A DNA stretch of 64,000 nucleotides from positions 71,983-135,982 of the forward strand of contig OY968775.1 of the NCBI GenBank assembly GCA_963695355.1, given 5' to 3'. The notes under the pieces are model-generated. The model did no database searches, was not told where the DNA came from, and saw only the letters and a program-made list of their open reading frames with translations. Below, piece after piece: positions 60,815-64,000 of this stretch. Origin of the DNA: an uncultured beta proteobacterium (lineage in GTDB: Bacteria > Pseudomonadota > Gammaproteobacteria > Burkholderiales > Gallionellaceae). The stretch's first letter is position 1. Each line of letters begins with the position of its first letter. The translations under genes were made by a program, and so were the position numbers.

Positions 60815-60836
60815 TTATATCACAAAATTCCGAACG
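60815..60836 (-). repeat. Right sub-terminal inverted repeat
   Basis: ttatatcacaaaattccgaacg, followed by ggtag and the ttctccgcca duplicate. Confidence 0.97.
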
Positions 60837-60851
60837 GGTAGTTCTCCGCCA

Positions 60852-60957
60852 AATCAATCACTTATGATTATTATAAGTAATCATAAGTAACTGCAAAACA
60901 CCAAAAATAACAGCTTTAGTCTGACCGTTTCCTGACCGTTTTACAAACTCGGTCAGG
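60852..60957. repeat. Putative left end (att region) of an older integrative element
   Basis: 11-7-11 dyad acttatgatta/taatcataagt (60860-60888); direct repeats ctgaccgttt at 60921 and 60932 with an inverted cggtcag at 60950. Confidence 0.5.
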
Positions 60958-61007
60958 AAAAATTTTTCTTTTCAGTCAATAGACAGGCTGCCAACGTTAA
61001 CCAAGAT

Positions 61008-61165
61008 TCAGATTCCGCTTGAATTGGTGCAAGTGTAAGTAGTGCCATTGTAATTAAATTCACACATGCCACCTCCAAGCTCGCAGTCACGAGCGAAAGC
61101 CTTATAGTCGATGCAGCTGTGTAGGTTCTCAGGTATTTCGTGTGCATAACATTCATCAAAAATCT
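61008..61165 (-). pseudogene. ArdA-like antirestriction protein C-terminal remnant
   Basis: FDECYAHEIPENLHSCIDYKAFARDCELGG resembles the ArdA IP..L..YIDYEAFARD motif. Confidence 0.5.
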
Positions 61166-61189
61166 TCTGCTGCATCTTCATGATGTCCA

Positions 61190-61400
61190 TCGTACAAGAT
61201 TGCGATGCCGTTGTTTGACTGTCCAACTATATCCGATGGCGGATCGTCGTTCTCGAATATTATGACTTGAGCAGCTTGGAATTCCTCCGCTATAGACCGA
61301 TAGAATGTATCTTTTACATCATGCGAGAAGCCGCCTTTGTCCATATCAGGTTCGCGATAGACCACGAGCGAAGAATCAATCAACACAACTAGCCATTCGA
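61190..61400 (-). pseudogene. C-terminal remnant of an SMC-like/ABC three-component ATPase
   Basis: VVLIDSSLVVYREPD...VKDTFY..IA...QVIIFEN..PP (Walker B/D-loop and final strand pattern). Confidence 0.45.
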
Positions 61401-61431
61401 CTATTGATCCGGCACGAATTGAACTTGATAA

Positions 61432-61497
61432 CCGTTCGTGCTGAGCCTGTCGAAGCACAAGAATCCACTTACATTTCGACAGGCTCAATGCGAACGG
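61432..61497. repeat. REP-like palindromic element
   Basis: ccgttcgtgctgagcctgtcgaa ... ttcgacaggctcaatgcgaacgg inverted pair. Confidence 0.88.
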
Positions 61498-61554
61498 ATT
61501 CGCGGATAAACGGCACCGAAGCAATAAGTCCGCAAGCGGGCAAGTCGCTGGTTA

Positions 61555-61757
61555 TGGGGAACGTTAAAAAACGAATTCGTTCATTAACGTAAATTCAAAA
61601 CCAGACAGGAAGCAATTCAGGAGATTACCGAGTACATTGAGGTCCTCTATAACGGACAACACAAGAAGGCAAGACTGGGCTATCTGTCACCTGCTGCGTT
61701 TACACAGTGATATGCAACATTACTCACTGCTTAACCCATCGGACTAGCAGAGGTCAT
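61555..61757 (+). pseudogene. IS3-family transposase 3' remnant with right end
   Basis: WGTLKNEFVH*RKFKTRQEAIQEITEYIEVLYN...RLGYLSPAAF with an in-frame stop, followed by ...ggactagcagaggtca ending in CA. Confidence 0.85.
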
Positions 61758-61796
61758 CCTTATTTGTTTGATTGTCGGGTTGATTTTTGACAAGTG

Positions 61797-62651
61797 CTAA
61801 CAGCTATGCAACGTACGATGCGACAAAGCTGGCAAGCTGCTGCGCAAGCTAACCTGATAAGAAGGATTGATCTCGCCCATCACCACGCCAGAGCCGCGTG
61901 GCAGTCTATCCAACACGCGACCCCACGGGTCAACGATCATGCTGTTGCCATGGGTTTCGCGCCCATTCACGTGATAACCACCTTGGGCGGGAGCGATTAT
62001 GTAAGCCAAATTTTCAACGGCACGGGCGCGAACCAACACTTCCCAATGCATCTTGCCTGTGGTTTCTGTGAACGCGGACGGCAGGACAATGATGTCGATG
62101 TTTTTCATGGCGCGGAATAATTCCGGGAAGCGTAAGTCATAACAAATCGCCAAGCCGATGCGCCCGAACGGACTATCGACGACAACGACTTGATTGCCCG
62201 CTTCGATAGTTTTTGCTTCGTTATAATTTTCATTGCCCAGCTCTAAATTAAACAAATGGATTTTGTCGTAACGCGCCACTTGCACACCATGTTCATCAAA
62301 TACGAGACAACTATTCATCACCTTGTCTGGAGTACTGGCGAGTAATGGTATGGAGCCGCCAACCAACCAGATTTTGTGCTGCCTGGCGGTGTCACTGAGG
62401 AATTGTTGTATCGGCCCACTGCCTAGTGGTTCGGCAACCTTTAACTTATCTAATTCGGTCATACCCATGATGGCAAAGAATTCCGGCAGGACGACTAGGC
62501 GCGCGCCCTTCTCCACCGCATTGGCAATTAACCTGCGTGCTTCACTGATATTACCCGCCACGTTCGGCCCCGAAGCCATTTGTATCGCCGCCACTTTGAA
62601 TGCGTTGACTTGTGCGGCGATGCGTTGTTGTGTTGAATTACCGATACTCAT
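61797..62651 (-). CDS. Carbon-nitrogen hydrolase (Nit1/deaminated glutathione amidase-like)
   Basis: VVLPEFF (E), YDKIHLF (K), ICYDLRFPE (C), HGNSMIVDPWG; standard position after yhdP. Confidence 0.93.
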   Translation of the reverse strand: MSIGNSTQQRIAAQVNAFKVAAIQMASGPNVAGNISEARRLIANAVEKGARLVVLPEFFAIMGMTELDKLKVAEPLGSGPIQQFLSDTARQHKIWLVGGSIPLLASTPDKVMNSCLVFDEHGVQVARYDKIHLFNLELGNENYNEAKTIEAGNQVVVVDSPFGRIGLAICYDLRFPELFRAMKNIDIIVLPSAFTETTGKMHWEVLVRARAVENLAYIIAPAQGGYHVNGRETHGNSMIVDPWGRVLDRLPRGSGVVMGEINPSYQVSLRSSLPALSHRTLHSC

Positions 62652-62662
62652 ATCATTTCCTA

Positions 62663-64000
62663 TCACTTAGCTTTCTTAACTTTTTCGCCGCCCAGTTTAA
62701 CCACATTCGGATCATTCCAAGTCCCGCTGATATTGTATTCAAATGATGCCAACTTATCGAGTGGATTTCCCAAGACTTTATTCGCAACCAACGCACCGAG
62801 GCCCACCAAAGGACTAATTGCAACCGCGCCAATCAGCGACACTGTGCTGCCCACGGTGGGTAGAACTTTCACACGGATGTTTTGTGTCGCGTCATTCAAA
62901 TTCACATTGCCCTTCATGGTCACTTTTGCCGATGAGCCATCAATACTAAAATCTTGTGTGTCCATCATGCCGTTTTTAATCGCCACGTTACCCCTGATGC
63001 TGTCAAACTGAAAACCTTGCCGAAATACATCGTTAAAATCCAGTGTGAGATGCTTGGGCAACGCTTGCAAACTCAACACGCTGAGCAGTTTTCCGATACC
63101 GGGATCCATCTGAATAAACCGTCCTTTGTCAGTTTCAAGATTCAGCCCGCCATTCAGCGTGGCGAAATTAAATTGGCTGGGCGCACCCTGCCAGGATAAA
63201 TTGGCATCCAGCTTGCCACTGCCATCTTTAACTGTGTCCGGGTAACCGGAGCGTGCCAGAATTTTCCCCGCATCGCTAATCGCCAAAGTTAATTTGACCT
63301 GGCTCTGCTGATGGCTTGGTTCACCCTCATGCCACAGACCTTCGCCGGTCAATTCGCCATCCGGGTTGTTCACATACACCCGGCGCAGTCGCCAATCCTT
63401 GCCTTCAGGGTGACCGACTATGCCGAATCGACCGATTTGCTTACCCGTGAATTGCAAATTTTCTATATCAACTTCCAACGCTGGCAAGGTGCCAGGGTGC
63501 AGGTTATCTGCATTTTTAGCAGCGTCTGGCAATGCCGATTTTGCCGCGCTTTGCCACAATAAATTTTTCAAATGCGCTGTCAGCTTTCCGTTCGCGGCAT
63601 AATTGTGTTCCGCATCCACCACCACAGGGTGGGGCTGCCAAATAATTTCACCGTTAATTTCATTACCCGACAGTTGCGCGGACAAACCATCCGCGCGTTT
63701 GAGCGCGTCAACTTGCAAGTCTTGAAAATTCAACCCGTAGCCCGTGAGTTTTGCAATGCGCAAAGTCGCGCCTTCTATCGGCAGCGTAGCATTGGAATTT
63801 TCCGAGCCGTTGTCCAACACGTCCCAGCCTTGCAGCGACAAAGCGGGCAAGCTGCCCGTCAGCCACACGCCCGCTTTGGCACTCACGGTTTCATTGCTCA
63901 AAATCTTATCTGTGCCACCAAAATTCACGATGCCATGTTTGACCTGCATCACACCGTTTTCATGGCGGCGCAAAATTTTTGCGGTGAGCAAATCACCCAA
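62663..64000 (-). CDS. yhdP: YhdP-family AsmA-like phospholipid transporter, C-terminal part (truncated by window)
   Basis: GIGKLLSVLSLQALPKHLTLDF.D.F..GF.FD.I.G, IDGSSA, Y.ISGTW.DP. Confidence 0.9.
   Translation of the reverse strand: MGDLLTAKILRRHENGVMQVKHGIVNFGGTDKILSNETVSAKAGVWLTGSLPALSLQGWDVLDNGSENSNATLPIEGATLRIAKLTGYGLNFQDLQVDALKRADGLSAQLSGNEINGEIIWQPHPVVVDAEHNYAANGKLTAHLKNLLWQSAAKSALPDAAKNADNLHPGTLPALEVDIENLQFTGKQIGRFGIVGHPEGKDWRLRRVYVNNPDGELTGEGLWHEGEPSHQQSQVKLTLAISDAGKILARSGYPDTVKDGSGKLDANLSWQGAPSQFNFATLNGGLNLETDKGRFIQMDPGIGKLLSVLSLQALPKHLTLDFNDVFRQGFQFDSIRGNVAIKNGMMDTQDFSIDGSSAKVTMKGNVNLNDATQNIRVKVLPTVGSTVSLIGAVAISPLVGLGALVANKVLGNPLDKLASFEYNISGTWNDPNVVKLGGEKVKKAK

Larger units (their letters stand above)
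44544..60841. mobile_element. 16.3-kb tRNA-Ser-inserted element with terminal IRs, two IS1-like large transposase paralogues and defence-type cargo
   Basis: 10-bp direct repeat ttctccgcca at 44534-44543 and 60842-60851; perfect 22-bp IR at 44548-44569 / 60815-60836; AT-richer than flanks; no integrase recognised. Confidence 0.88.

Noticed and set aside
44544-60841. Interpretation as a Tn7-like or integrase-driven genomic island
   Set aside because: No TnsC/TniQ-like ORF, no TG..CA ends with repeated TnsB sites, and no tyrosine (R-H-R-Y) or serine recombinase motifs recognised; a lost integrase cannot be fully excluded.
61156-61524. 122-aa ORF as an intact gene
   Set aside because: The N-terminus is translated REP sequence; only the middle resembles an ATPase C-terminus.
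1-64000. CRISPR array or cas genes
   Set aside because: No regularly spaced repeat-spacer array or Cas motifs seen; the 8839-8910 repeats are short, degenerate and have ~10-bp gaps.

Overview
Chromosomal window of a chemolithoautotrophic betaproteobacterium (gene set and order suggest Gallionellaceae or a relative; this is inference). About 1-44.4 kb is mostly core or metabolic. It holds a hybrid sensor kinase, head-to-head selD/mnmH, a c-di-GMP-I riboswitch module, purT split by a complete IS1595-family element, a Form IA RuBisCO cluster (cbbR-cbbLS-cbbQO) flanked by class I and class II aldolases, dapC-dapD-pilU-arsC, a full ccmABCDEFGHI operon, lemA/TPM genes, and the yafS-rnhA-dnaQ/gloB block. 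The main observation is a 16.3-kb element (44544-60841) inserted exactly after the CCA of tRNA-Ser(GGA). It has perfect 22-bp sub-terminal inverted repeats and a 10-bp duplication of the tRNA 3' end, and I could recognise no integrase or TnsC/TniQ in it. It carries two highly diverged, convergent ~610-630 aa paralogues with an IS1-like Zn-ribbon/HTH/RNase-H layout and an apparent D-D-D triad. Its cargo looks defence-related: attC-bounded cassettes, a split AlwI-like nuclease, a Mrr-helicase plus alphaCTD-sigma70 pair, a HEPN-Zn protein, AbiH, and a putative RNase facing a structured ~130-nt RNA with its own promoter. Remnants of an older island (ArdA-like, ABC-ATPase-like and IS3 fragments) follow, then a nitrilase-family gene and the end of yhdP.
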